Assembly: GCF_964355755.1 (NCBI RefSeq)
Contig: NC_092670.1
Span: 34,708,388-34,772,387 of the forward strand
Source of the DNA: Antedon mediterranea
Taxonomy: Eukaryota > Animalia > Echinodermata
Direction: 5' to 3'
Length of the DNA: 64,000 bases
Within the stretch, counting starts at the first letter, position 1, and each line of letters begins with the position of its first letter. Below the pieces are notes generated by a model, which did not search any database, was not told where the DNA came from, and was given only the letters and a program-made list of their open reading frames with translations. Position numbers and translations under genes: made by a program. Below are positions 27,801-40,775 of the stretch, in pieces.

Positions 27801-30800
27801 ACTTTGTTGAAACGTCATTTCCCGTAAGTATTTTAATTTCCCTTTATGTTCACCATTATTAACCAAAATTAAAGTTATTTTGATTTTATTTTAAGCTCCA
27901 TGCATCATGTGAGCTTCCTACAGACTAGCCCTAGTTGTTACTTTTTGCTTATTGTATTTACAGGAGGTTCTACAAAAATTACTAAAAGATCATGAAATTC
28001 AGGAATGCCGTTTCCGAGAAGATGACAAACTAGAAGATACGGATGGACTTATCAAGTCACAAACAACAATTAAATCGGCATTAAAAGTAAGAAATTTATT
28101 TAAAGATATATTGTCCCTTTAAAAAAATAATTATTAACACTTTGACCACAAATTTTATTTACCTGAAAAAACTGTAATATAATAGTCAAATTGGCTGCCA
28201 GCCAATACATTTTTGGTTGAATTTAACCATTTAATTTGTAATTTTATAAGTGAAAACATTATCAAAGTCTGATTTAATTAATCTTGATTTTTCATGTTTT
28301 TGGGGGACAATACATCTTTAATAAAAAGAAAGAATATGGATGAACAAAACAGAATAGAAAAAATACCGTCATTATCTCTAACCACACATTTGGACTGGGC
28401 AAATATTTCTGATTTTGCTTTCTGTTTTTAAGAATAAATGTTCTATAGAAAAGTACCCTTTGAACCATTGGAAAGCTCTTGTATAGAAATTCCTACATTT
28501 TATACAATTGTTTGGTAAACATAGATCACATTTTCGCGCCGCGGCCTTAGCCAGCTATGTCCCAAGAGGATATATTCATTAAGAAGCTTTATCATCGCGG
28601 TAGCTATAGTTCTAAGCCCGACAGTTTTGTGAATTTGTAAACTCTACTATAATTTATAGGTCCTAGCTGCTGGATCCAAAAAACGTATGGGAAAAGAGAG
28701 TCTATGAGGGCTCACGGTTGAACGATTTTGGATTCTTGCCCTTTGATTGGTTGACGCGAATCAACAGACTGGAAAAAAATTTTCTCACTTCTACCGCCGT
28801 GGAGTCACGTTGTCTCTAGAGGGTATTCAGTTGCATGCCTACAGGTTGAGGGTCACACACACAGCACATTAAAGTTCAAAATTGACCATTTTTAAATGCC
28901 ATTTTTGAATTATAGATTAATATTTTTTGGCAAATAATACATTGTTGGAAAGGTACACATGTCTTCTTTCAAAAGCTGTTGAAAATTAGCAGAAATATCA
29001 ATTATTCAATGAAATACAACCAGATTACTAACACCCACCAAAATAGGCATGATGTGATTTATAATTAAATAGCTATGTTAGATTTTGTGTATTTTTGCGA
29101 TTAACCAACATATTTTTATTTTGTTACACGTTTCCATGGTAAAAAAATGTCTATAAATAATTGTGTATTCATAGTACAATTAACTAGTGAAGAAATGGGC
29201 ATAATGTGATTTATAATTAAATAGCTATGTTAGATTTTGTGTATTTTTGTGATTAACCAACATATTTTTATTTTGTTACACGTTTCCATGGTAAAAAAAT
29301 GTCTATAAATAATTGTGTATTCATAGTACAATTAACTAGTGAAGAAATGGGCATAATGTGATTCATAATTAAAGAACTATCTTTGATTTGTATGTATTTT
29401 TGTGCTTAAAGGACATCTTTTTAATAATTAATCATTTAATATCTGAAGAAAGAACAATGATTAATTTTAAAATGTTGAGCAGCGTTTTTGTAAGAACTAT
29501 TTCTTGTTTAATTAAAGACCAAAACTCTGAATTGTTTATTATATGGATGGTCTTTAATTGGAGGTAGACTATATCAAATTCTTTATTCAATTTTATGTAA
29601 CACCTAAATAAATTCCTGTCATTTGATTGGACAATTGTGGGTCACATGGCGTGCAATAGTACGCACTATTAAACGATCGTTTAATAGTACTATTTTAAAC
29701 GTTTTTGTGTACGAAAAAAAAACGTTTCGCGGATGAAAAAAAATCTGTTAGGCCTAGCCTAGGCGTTTTAGCCCTGCTAGGCCTAGGATTGTTTAGTTGT
29801 TTGTTGACATAATTAACACTAAAGTAGTTGTGTTTATAAAATCCATATAAATATAACATTTAATATAATATTAAAAACCAAATGTTACTGTTTTTAATCA
29901 ATGTGAATGAAATATAGGCCTTGGCTAGGGCTACCTTATTTGATTCAAATGACAGGAATTTATTTAGATGTTATTTATATAATTTAAAACAAACAAATAA
30001 TGGCATTTGGTGAATGATGAAATGTTATATAAACTCGGTGTTGCCTCGTTGATATCCTTTCATCATTCACCTCATGCCATTATTTGTACCATTACACTCA
30101 TAAAGATTCATTATTTGTATATTAATTAATTTCCACAATATAACATACAATAATGTTAATAAAATAAAATTGCATAAATACAATGAAACGTAGTTCAAAT
30201 GATTGTAAACATACTTTTCTTTTAAAGCTCAATAAACCAGCGACTAGTACAGTAGATGCTGAAGCATCTGAGCAAAATGGAAGTGAGAAAGAGGCCATTC
30301 CGAGTGATATTTATGATTTTTACGACAAGATAGATAAGGAAGATGAAGAAGGAGAAGACTTACAGACTGTGTCATTTGAGGTCAAACAACAGGAAATTGA
30401 GAAATTACAGAAAAGGTAATATAGCCACATTTTCTCCCTCTCAGGCAGTCTAACAACAGGATGCTGAGCTCTTGAGATCAAAGGATTTATCTCTGGCTGC
30501 GATGACGATCAGTTCCACGCCCCTTAACACCGCACACTGTAGAGAATATGTCCATAGTACAGATCAAGACTGAGTTCCTATCTTGGGAAGCTCTGTGTCC
30601 TGTTATTAGATTGCCTTGGTTAAATACTGTCAAGAGAGTTAACCAATCACATATGCTCTTTGTCAGTTGTAAATTAGGTTTAGTTTAAATGGGTTCTATA
30701 ACTTTAGTGTCTTAAAAGACACGGCTATTGTATAGTATATTGTATAGTATATTGTATAGTATATTGTATAGTATATTGTATAGTATATTGTATAGTATAT

Positions 30801-33800
30801 TGTATAGTATATTGTATAGTATATTGTATAGTATATTGTATAGTATATTGTATAGTATATTGTATAGTATATTGTATAGTATATTGTATAGTATATTGTA
30901 TAGTATATTGTATAGTATATTGTATAGTATATTGTATAGTATATTGTATAGTATATTGTATAGTATATTGTATAGTATATTGTATAGTATATTGTATAGT
31001 ATATTGTATAGTATATTGTATAGTATATTGTATAGTATATTGTATAGTATATTGTATAGTATATTGTATAGTATATTGTATAGTATATTTGATAATCCAT
31101 TCAATGTTTAGTGTGTTATTTTTTTTAATAATAGTAAAATTAGGTTAGTTAATAATTAAAATGGGTATAATATACAATAAATTGTGATTTACCAAATCCG
31201 ATCATTGTAACCAAAACATTTAAATTGTTTTAGTCATCCTTTGGTTTGAACAAGCTCAACAAATTGTATTAGTGCTATGTATCTGTTTTTTAAAAAAAAG
31301 CTTATAGTGTGGATATAATTTTGTTGCAATTTATAGTTTGTTTATTTTCTTTGAAGGTGTATTGAGTTGGACTTTCCACTCCTAGCTGAGTATGATTTTA
31401 GAAATGATACCAACAACCCAGACCTTAAGTAAGTACTTCATGCTGTTCTCCAGTGACCGTATTCACCATTCACACCCTTACAATTAAAAATCTCCTATCT
31501 ATTGTGAATATTTAAAAATATTTATTTAGTTAAGTGAAATACTTAATATTTAAGGGTGATATATCACTTAAGTGTGATTGGTGAATATGGCCACGGAGTC
31601 CTAGGATGCAAGAACGTAGATGCAACTGAAGCGAGTTGACCAATGATAAGCGACAGTTTGAATAATCCATCGCTTGTGATTGGTCAAATCACTCGCGTCC
31701 TTATGTTCCATCCTAGTAAAGACCAAGCTTTGCATTGTTGAATCGTTTATTTGATTTAAAAAGCTGTCCTGTTTGAACTAAAAAATTTTAATTTTCATTT
31801 GCTCTTTCATATGTTTCTTTCAGCATTGATTTAAAACCTACAACAATTTTGAGACCATACCAGGAAAAGAGTTTACGGAAGATGTTTGGTAATGGGCGTG
31901 CTCGTTCGGGAATCATTGTATTACCCTGTGGTAAGACCATTGAGTATTCTGATGTGCCTTATGCTCTGTCTACACTATCACACTATAAAAGTGTGATGTG
32001 CCCAAATATGGTAGTGATATGACATCATCATGTCCATATATGGGCACATCACATTTTGTTGTCACATAACGTTTGATAGTGTGGACAGAACTTTTGGGAC
32101 TGAATACCTTGAGAAAACCTTCTGTATTAAAAATGTGTATTATTACTGTATATGACTGAGTATACTCCCATGGGGCTTGGGTATAACATTTGTTGGTAAT
32201 TAAGGGGTGGGATTATACTCGAATTGTACTAAGAATCAAATTCTTGTGTCCAAATTTAGCATAAAAGTGGGTAGAATTATAATTAAGAATGAGATTGTAC
32301 TCATCATACAGTATTATTATTAGGCTGTCAACCTTGGTACTGTAGTCTTCCCATTAATAGCACCCCTTTTCATTATCCTGGTTTCGTAATTGAATCTTAC
32401 GTAAGTATAATAATTTGCGTCAGGTGCCGGTAAGACTCTCGTTGGAGTGACAGCATCATGCACGGTTCGTAAACGCTGTATTGTCTTGTGCACCAGTGGC
32501 GTTGCTGTGGAGCAGTGGAGGTCACAGTTCAAGATGTGGTCAACGGTCGATGACACAATGATATGCAGATTCACGTCGGATGCCAAAGACAAACCAATGG
32601 GTAGGTTGAAAAAAACTTGTGAAGGCGAACTTTTCCAGAAAATGCAACTTATGACCGCGGGTCCGCAATACTAGATACTTGCTTGATGTTAATGGGTCAG
32701 TAATTAACAAGCTAAATAGCTTATATCAGCCTTCCTATCTTTCAATACAATACTGTATAGACATTTGGGGGATACAGGTACACTTTAATTTTATGTAAGA
32801 AGATTTTATATTAACAACTATATAATTGTTGATTATGAATTATTGTTGCTCAAGCATAAAAATAAATAAAGTAAAATAGTTCTGTTGTGTTCTAATTCCT
32901 TTACTTTTTTTTTCAGGCTGTACGATATGCATCAGTACATATTCCATGATTTCCCATAGCAGTAAGAGGTCATGGGAAGCTGATCAGGTCATTAAGTGGT
33001 TGAAAAGTCAGGAATGGGGACTGATGGTATTAGATGGTAGGTGATAGGGATAAAATGTCAAAGGTTATAATCGTTGTGTTGGATAGTAAGTTGGGAATAA
33101 AATAACAGAAAAAGAATAGGATATGGAAAAAATGTATTGCTCAGTATAGGACCATGCCACATCAATGTATGTAAACTGGGCCAATGGGAAGGACCAGGTA
33201 ATGAGAGTAAATGATCTTGCCTATACAAGCAAGATAGAGAGGTTTCCAACCCATGCTAGTCTGATTTCCCTTACATTACGCCATATGGATCTCTCACTAA
33301 GATGACAGTAGATAAAATTGATTCATAATATTTTGTATTTATTCAGAGGTTCACACGATCCCAGCCAAACAGTTCAGAAGAGTTCTGACAGAAGTACAGG
33401 CACACTGTAAACTAGGTCTGACCGCCACTCTCGTCAGGGAAGACGACAAGATTGCGGATCTCAACTTCCTTATTGGTCCCAAATTGTATGAGGCAAATTG
33501 GATGGAACTGCAAAACAATGGACATATTGCCAAGGTGCAGTGTGCTGAGGTCTGGTGCCCTATGACACCAGAATTTTATCGGGAATATCTAGGAATGAGG
33601 ACCAGAAAAAGACTGGTAAGATGTAAACATTTTTTTTCAATTCAATTCAAATTTATATACCATCCTCTATGGTTTTTGGGGTACATATAGTAGAAAGGAA
33701 TGTTGTAGAATCCTCTATTTTTTCTCTTCACAGAAGACGAAACCAAATAAACAACATTAAGGAATGTGTTGCATATAAAAAAAATATTTTAAATATCATC

Positions 33801-35215
33801 AATTGTAATAAAATGGACACTTAAAGATGTATTATCCCCCAGAAAAAAATAATTCTTAAAAATGTTGAATATGCCATGTTAATGTCACCTACTAGTTACC
33901 CATGTTGACAAAAAATTGGATTGAAAAATAATATATATTTACCTAAAAAACTGTAATTTAAAGCAAAAAATAGTCAAATTGGCTGCCAGCCAATGGGTTT
34001 TTGGTTGAATTTAAACATTAATTTTGTCATTTTATAACTGAAAATATTAACTTTTTTTTTTTCTACGGAAGTGATTAACTTTATTAAAACTACAAAATAA
34101 TCTATTCAAAATTTGATTTTATAAATCTTTATTTTTCATGTTTTGGGGGACAATACATCTTCAAAGTAAATTTTTAATTTACTGTCTTTGATTAAATATA
34201 AAATTTGTTTTCAACCTATATTTTAGGCTATATTATGTTGTCTATTTTGTTTATAGTTGGTATATGTAATGAATCCTAACAAGTTTAGAGCTTGCCAGTT
34301 TTTAGTGAAATTTCACGAGCAACGAAACGACAAAGTGATCGTGTTTTCAGATAATGTCTTTGCACTTATTCACTATGCCAAAGCTATGGAAAAGTAAGTT
34401 TAATAATATAGGTGACAAATTTAGCTTTGTGAAAATGTAAAAAAAAAATGTTAATAGGCCTAGTATGTAAATATTATAGACATAATTTCATAAAACATCC
34501 ACGTACAGTACAATTCTTCATAACAAAATGTGTTCAATCTTCTATCAACCAAAAGTCGTGGTAAGTCAATTATATAGTCGCCGTACAGATAGGATGCTAC
34601 ATCAATACTACCATTTTGATAATTGTAGGGCCATTTGAGTTCCTCAAGGATTCTGCGTTACCCCACTAATTGAGACTTAAAAAAGTTCCTTTCCTTGGAC
34701 CAGCTTTGTTCCCTTGGATTGGGATGTAAGCACACCATCAACTAACCAGTCACACCATCAACTAACCAGTCACACATTTTAGATAAGATAAGATAAATCT
34801 TTATTGTCATGAACACAACAAGGCGAACATGAAATTTGTTTTCCTTGATGCTTAAAAACACATACAATATATAAAACATTAAAAAGTATCAATAAAATAC
34901 ATAAAACTATTATTAAAAACTATCTTTGATATATTGAGTTGGAAACATGTATAGAAACAATTATTAGAAATATCTGTCACGATCTTCAATATCTTCATTA
35001 AATGGGATAAAATCCTATTTTAGTGTGATTTTCTGTTTTGTATTGTTTGTTGTATACATGGAATTTATGGAATCAATCGATTAATAGTGAAAAGTATTTT
35101 GTTTTCTTATTTCACCAGGCCATTCATCTACGGACCAACGACCCAATCAGAACGGTTACACATCTTACAGAATTTTGTACACAATCCAGCTGTAAATACA
35201 ATATTTATATCAAAG
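24894..35215 (+). CDS. ERCC3: TFIIH helicase/translocase XPB; first 15 coding exons, C-terminal exons not found in the window
   Basis: Exons 24894-24921, 25183-25248, 25914-26050, 26604-26719, 27105-27225, 27749-27823, 27964-28086, 30228-30415, 31357-31428, 31824-31930, 32424-32600, 32917-33036, 33347-33615, 34257-34393, 35119-35215. They encode [64 protein letters not shown], Walker [27 protein letters not shown] and NTIFISK. Confidence 0.97.
25325..25747. mobile_element. Small TIR element carrying a GC-rich minisatellite, in the XPB intron after coding exon 2
   Basis: CAGGGGCGGATTCA ... TGGATCTGCCACTG, flanked by TCAAT on both sides. Confidence 0.6.
25349..25606. repeat. 16-bp GC-rich tandem repeat (AGCCCGGGCCCCAGCC)n, about 16 copies
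   Basis: Read directly; explains the three overlapping repetitive ORFs. Confidence 0.97.
28104..28317. mobile_element. TTAA-flanked MITE; family also at 33825-34160, with fragments at about 15430-15620 and 18483-18700
   Basis: TTAA|AGATATATTGTCCC ... GGGGACAATACATCT|TTAA, with shared internal GTCAAATTGGCTGCCAGCCAAT. Confidence 0.75.
29046..29372. repeat. 152-bp tandem duplication, about 2.1 copies
   Basis: GATTTATAATTAAATAGCTATG at 29056 and 29208; near-identical units. Confidence 0.85.
30726..31089. repeat. 12-bp perfect tandem repeat (TATTGTATAGTA)n, about 30 copies
   Basis: Read directly; lies in an XPB intron. Confidence 0.98.
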
Positions 35216-35670
35216 GTAGGAAATACAATTCTTTCACAAATTCAGACTTTCTACAGTATTTTCATTTAGCAAATAATTTTTTAAACATTTTTAAACTAAA
35301 ATAATGTATAGCATCACATTGTTTACATAAAATAGCAGGAAAATATTATGCTACGTGTATCGGCTTGTTCAACTAAAATTTATTGTTGCTTGTCACAATA
35401 CTCGCTCCGTGATTGAAAGGCATGATGAGATGATGCAAATATTTTATCCGCTTATTAAAATGATCATTATTTTTTCAAGTCCTAAGCATTTGTGTCAACG
35501 GAAAACATCGTAAAAAACTGTATCATATTAAATGTTTACCACAATTCTGCATTTTTTTTTGGGTAGCTAGGAATCAATATAACTTTGAACTATATTACTC
35601 TCTGTATGTCAAGCAAAAGTTTAAATCATAGTTTTACTCCCTGATTTCTTTTTTTTAATATTACAGTATT

Positions 35671-36164
35671 AGGGAGGTTTCGCAACCTTACGATAACGAA
35701 AACGGATACGTCACACATTCTGACACTTTTGAGCTGATCCCCATTTCATATCCGTAAAGCGTATTCGTGTTGACGAATATCACCAGTCATATTCGTAACT
35801 ACAAAACGAGTATAGTTTTTGATCTATTTTGCACATTTTGCATTTGAATCAGGAATGATTCATGATTATAATATAATTATAGATTTATTGAAAGTAATTT
35901 ACTAATGTAATTTACTAAAATGCCAGGTCAATTTTGATAAATAGCAGTTTTTAAAGTCCTCACTCGCTTTGATGTTACGCTAGGCCTAGCAGCCAAGCAA
36001 CACGTACCTGCGCTTCGCTCAAATTTACCGCAGTCATATTTTAGACGGCGCCCTCAATATTTTGTTGCCATGCGAAACAGATTTTTACTGGCTTACATAA
36101 ATGAATACGTGTGCGTGACGTATCCGTTTTCGTTATCGTATTCGTAAGATTGCGAAACCTCTCT
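35671..36164. mobile_element. MITE (PIF/Harbinger-like)
   Basis: Long imperfect TIRs AGGGAGGTTTCGCAACCTTACG..ATAACGAAAACGGATACGTCAC and GTGACGTATCCGTTTTCGTTATCG..CGTAAGATTGCGAAACCTCTCT. Confidence 0.8.
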
Positions 36165-36758
36165 ATTATTTATTTTCAGCAATGTTAGTTTGTAGTTTAG
36201 GTTGTCTTTAAATTTATATTTTTTATATCACAGTTTTATTTTTATGACACTATTATTTTGCAGTAGTATATAGCATACTTTATTCACAACTATTAAGACT
36301 CAAAGTGTCTTTCACACATGTTCTGGCATGTTTCTGCTCAGGTGGCGGCAAATCCAACTGAACATCAATGTTTCGTTTTCACACGGCTACGTGCATATCG
36401 GTAGGTGGATAGCAATGTGGAACGTTGTGAAAACGAAACATTGATGTTTGATTTGCCGTACCAGAACCGTGCTAGGACAGCCGTGAAAGACCCTTAACAT
36501 GTGGTATTTTCCTTGTGCTATCACAATGTCAGTTGTGCAATATTCCCTGTGAGTGACATTGATGCCATAAATATCAGTAAAGAAATTAATGCCATGTTCT
36601 TTGTCAAAGTAATATTGTGATGACCTCATAGTATATTATTTCACTTCTTTCAATAAACTTCAGAACTCTTCAGTGATGTTGTTTTAGAAATTAACTGTTT
36701 CTATATTGAATCATAAAGAAAGAATCGTAATGATCTGAAGTATACGCTGTTTAGATTA

Positions 36759-38091
36759 CAGTCAACTCTCCCAATACCGGACACCCTTGGGCGGGCATAT
36801 ATTTTCCGGTTTTTCGAAAGTCCGGTTTCCTGAAAACATATTTTTAAAGTCATCACGTTGTCACTGAAAATGCTTTGAATCACCGGTCCGAATGCTGCCC
36901 GGTACGGTCTCCTAGCGTAGGGAAGGCCTAGGCTAGGCTATGATTGTGTCAATCTAGTTTTAATTAAATAAATACTGATAGGCCTAGGCTAGGCCTACTT
37001 TATTAATATTAAGCTACAGTAATTCAATTTACCTTTTTTAAAAGTTACATTATTTACTGTACCAATAAAACATGTTACAATAGTAAATTATTGTTTCTCA
37101 ATGTGTTTTTAACGGCAAAAAGGCGTACGTACGTACCTACGTACGTACGGTGAACATAATTTCGGTCTGTTTATTGTTTTTCGTGAGCTAGCTAGCAGCA
37201 GCAGCAGCATGGGTGTGAAGGGCTTTGATTGATGCGCATGTGCAGAGGTGTCATAATCAAATAAAAATGCCCACACCTAGACCACATGTTTTTTAAGCTC
37301 CTTTATTTTGACGTAATTTGATAGCAATGATGAAAATTGATTAGGTAAACGAGCCAAGCAATAATGACACAATAATTAATTGGTAACATTTCAAAGTTTA
37401 TTCAAACTAGTTAAGTCAAGTTCATTCCGTTTACGTTTTGCCATAATGATTTCCAAATTTATAATGATGCACATTTTTAGTGAAACATTCCTTTTTAAAG
37501 TCCTATTGCAATTGTGAATTTAACAATAATTTAAACAAAACAAAGACACAAAGTGGAATGTAAATTGAACTTTATTAAAAAACAATTCATATGCTAAAAA
37601 ACAGGGAGTTGTTAACAACTCCCTGCTAAAAACAATAGACATTAAGACATAGCGCTTCGATGTGAAAAAGCCCACGCAGTTCGATACGCAACAAAGCAAT
37701 TGCCGCCTCGTGGGTTAACAATGAACTGACCTGTCAATCACAGTGTAGCGCTCCATGGCAACATTATTTGATCGTACCGCGAAATGTCGCGCACTTCATG
37801 CATGGTGAGGGTATGGTTAAAAGCTTTTGTACATTGTGAATGTATTGAATCCGAGTCAGCGACGACGATGTTTTCGTAAATATTTGGAGTTTTTTAACTG
37901 TCAGTCCGGTTTTCAGACGCTAATTTTCGTGTTTTGTACTTCATAATTTGTCCGGATTCCGGAATTGGGTATTCCGGTTTTCATGATAAATTACAGTACA
38001 TTTAGAAAAGGGACAAATTGGGCCCTCCAAAAAAGTCCGGTTTTTCGTGAATTCCGGTTTTGGGAGAGTCCGGTATTGGGAGAGTTGACTG
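36759..38091. mobile_element. Non-autonomous Tc1/mariner (pogo/Tigger-like) element
   Basis: Perfect 24-bp TIR CAGTCAACTCTCCCAATACCGGAC, TA on both sides, no transposase ORF. Confidence 0.9.
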
Positions 38092-39005
38092 TATTCATTT
38101 TCTCAACTAAAAACGAAACTAAGTTTATTTCCTTAAAATGTATTATGTATTTTGAAACCACAATAACATAAGAGTTCAATTGATCTGAACTGATTGATCA
38201 TTACATGTTGCAGTACTGTAAAATACATTTTTATTATTTAAGCTAGATTATAAATCTACTAATTATGTATATTTATATTTACTTTTAATAATAATAATAA
38301 TAATAATAATTTATTTTGAAAACGCTTTTTGAACAGCGGTACACATAATAATGATGCATCCTTAAAACAATTAAACATACAATATAAAAATATATGAGTA
38401 TAAAAATAAAGATAGACTAGATTAAAACAGATAATACTCAGATAAAACGGAAGTTCGATAAAACCAAATTAAAAAATAAACTGTAATACTAATACCAATT
38501 AAATGCAACCCACATACATAAGCTTGGATACTAAATTAGCATATCAATTAGCATATCAATTAGCATATCAATTAGTATATGAACAAAGGAATTTACAGTA
38601 TTTATTGCAAGTTGAAATTTTATTTTTTATACAGCACACTCAATGGTAATATTTTGTGTCATTTCCTCATTGAATGAAAATATTTATTAAAATGAACTGA
38701 AGAATTATACAAAGTCACAAAAAGCGATCATGTATAATTCATTTTAAATTTTATACATTTTAAACATTAACATTTTCAATTAAATGATTTATTCTGTTAA
38801 AAGTAACATGATTTTATTTGATTATAATGCTAACATTTGTTAGCAAGATGAAATTAAATTTACTTATCACTAACAATTTTGATTCGTGTATCTGCTCACA
38901 TTACTTGTTTATTTGATAAAGATTATTTCTTTTTCAAATTTTGTAGTATCTACTTGCTTTGCTCTCACTGTAATTTCTGTTAACCTGTTTCTTATCATCT
39001 TTGAT

Positions 39006-40775
39006 TCAATCAATTACATTAAAACTAGAAACGTACATGTCATTATTAAACTTAAGCACAAAATGTTTAGTTTTCTTTTCTTGGTTGCTATATTTCTCGG
39101 TACATAACAATTCCAGCTGGTTGCTTGTTGAAGGTGGATCATCATCTTTAATTTCATAATAGATTTCCTCATCATCCATTTGTTCTACCTTCTTTTTGTT
39201 TGTAGTTGGTTGTGATTTCTCACTTTCTTTAATGTTGTAATATTCTTTTCCTTCCTCTTGCTTGCTTGTAGAAGCTTCTTCATTCACTTCATTGATATTA
39301 TTGTTGCTTTCTTGCTCATTTTCCGTTATCTTTTCTCCCTTCTTTGAAGGTATCTCACTATCTTTAACATTATACATTCTTTCACCTTCTGTTTTATCTA
39401 GTTCCCTTTTTAAGGTTTTGATAGTATCATCATGTTGACTCTGCTTCACAGTTTGTGAATGTACATAGTGTTTTATTTTAAGTGTATACATCAATACTAG
39501 TAAAAGTATCATTAACAGTATCCCAGTTGTAGTTGCAAGTATAATAATAGTTATATCCTTATCATTGTGATTCAACTGTTGATGTGTAGTTGCTGTTGGC
39601 ACAATATCTTTGACTGTGAATTCCATTTCATCAAACCTCTTCTGGACATCAGTACTCACCAAACATGTTACAGTGTAATTACCAGCTGGTAAATTGTTAA
39701 AGCATCTTTCATCATTCTCTTGGTTGTCATCAACGTATGTAATAGGTTCTTCTCCATTCAAACTCCAATTGTAAATTGTCTTATTACCAGATCCACCTTC
39801 TGTGTAGCATTTGAAGCAATTTGCATCCACATGAACTTCTGGTGATTTGTAAAACCTTTTTATTTTCACAATCAATTTAGGAAGAGAAGTAGTTTTAAGT
39901 CTATGATCTTTGACTGTAAATTTCATCTCTTCATATTTTTTCTGTACATCAGTACTCACAAGACACTTGACAGTGTAATTTCCAGCTGGTAAATTGTTAA
40001 AGCATCTTTCATCCTTCTCTTGGTTGTCACCATCCTCAGTAATTTTCTTTCCATTCAATGTCCAATTGTAAATTGTCTTATTACCAGATCCACCTTCTGC
40101 ACAGCACTTGAAGCAATGTGTACTCGCATGCGGTAGTTTAGGTGTTTTATGCAATATTTTTACAATTAATCGAGGGTAAACCTTTAGTATCAATGTGTAG
40201 CACTCGAAAGATACATGTTGGGCGAAACTTGTGAAGCAATAAAAGAATATACCATCTCCAGCTTGGAAACCAGTCAATGTCTGACTAATACTTAAGCTAC
40301 TGCTATTAACATTATATGACTGCATATTGATATATCTTCCTTGGATCCATCCTATTGTTAATTCTTTTGTGTTTACTCGAGTGTATTTCTTGATGCATGT
40401 GATTTTTAATTCTTCATCTTTTTCAATGTTTTTAAAATGTTCACATTCAAGATACATAAACTTTTTAGTTGAGATTTTGGTAACTTCTGCTGAAGGAACC
40501 AAATAATGCTTATTCTCGTCATCTTGACATGCGTATATTCCTACACTTTGTTGTTCATTGAAATATATAAACAGATTACAGTTCACTGTATTATTGTTAT
40601 CAGGATGTTTTCCTTTAAACTGTTTGCTTGATGGTAATACTGCTGGATAGCGCATATATGATGTATCCAAGCAATCATATAGCCACCATAGAACAGCGCC
40701 TTCTACAATGATATTACTGACATTCAAGAAGCAAACCACTGCTATGAAGTTGAGGATAACTTGTGACCTGGTCAT
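39006..40775 (-). CDS. Receptor copy A: type I membrane protein with intronless CDS, Ig-like ectodomain (two copies of the membrane-proximal domain) and Tyr-motif tail, 589 aa
   Basis: Uninterrupted ORF. Signal peptide MTRSQVILNFIAVVCFLNVS; Ig-like motifs NLFIYFNEQQSVGIYAC, LKITC..IGW..GDGIFFYC and 2x FKC..EGGSGN.TIYNW.LNG..AGNYTV.CLVS; TM ITIIILATTTGILLMILLLVLMYTL followed by KIKH; tail motifs MYNV, EYYNI, EEIYYEI. Confidence 0.85.
   Translation of the reverse strand: MTRSQVILNFIAVVCFLNVSNIIVEGAVLWWLYDCLDTSYMRYPAVLPSSKQFKGKHPDNNNTVNCNLFIYFNEQQSVGIYACQDDENKHYLVPSAEVTKISTKKFMYLECEHFKNIEKDEELKITCIKKYTRVNTKELTIGWIQGRYINMQSYNVNSSSLSISQTLTGFQAGDGIFFYCFTSFAQHVSFECYTLILKVYPRLIVKILHKTPKLPHASTHCFKCCAEGGSGNKTIYNWTLNGKKITEDGDNQEKDERCFNNLPAGNYTVKCLVSTDVQKKYEEMKFTVKDHRLKTTSLPKLIVKIKRFYKSPEVHVDANCFKCYTEGGSGNKTIYNWSLNGEEPITYVDDNQENDERCFNNLPAGNYTVTCLVSTDVQKRFDEMEFTVKDIVPTATTHQQLNHNDKDITIIILATTTGILLMILLLVLMYTLKIKHYVHSQTVKQSQHDDTIKTLKRELDKTEGERMYNVKDSEIPSKKGEKITENEQESNNNINEVNEEASTSKQEEGKEYYNIKESEKSQPTTNKKKVEQMDDEEIYYEIKDDDPPSTSNQLELLCTEKYSNQEKKTKHFVLKFNNDMYVSSFNVID

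Noticed and set aside
30696-31111. YYTI/NILY/SILY repeat ORFs
   Set aside because: Artefacts of a 12-bp tandem repeat inside an XPB intron.
35216-35269. Read-through KVGNTILSQ as a continuation of XPB (resembles KVGDTSF)
   Set aside because: Similarity ends after four residues and a stop follows; AAG|GTAGG is a normal donor.
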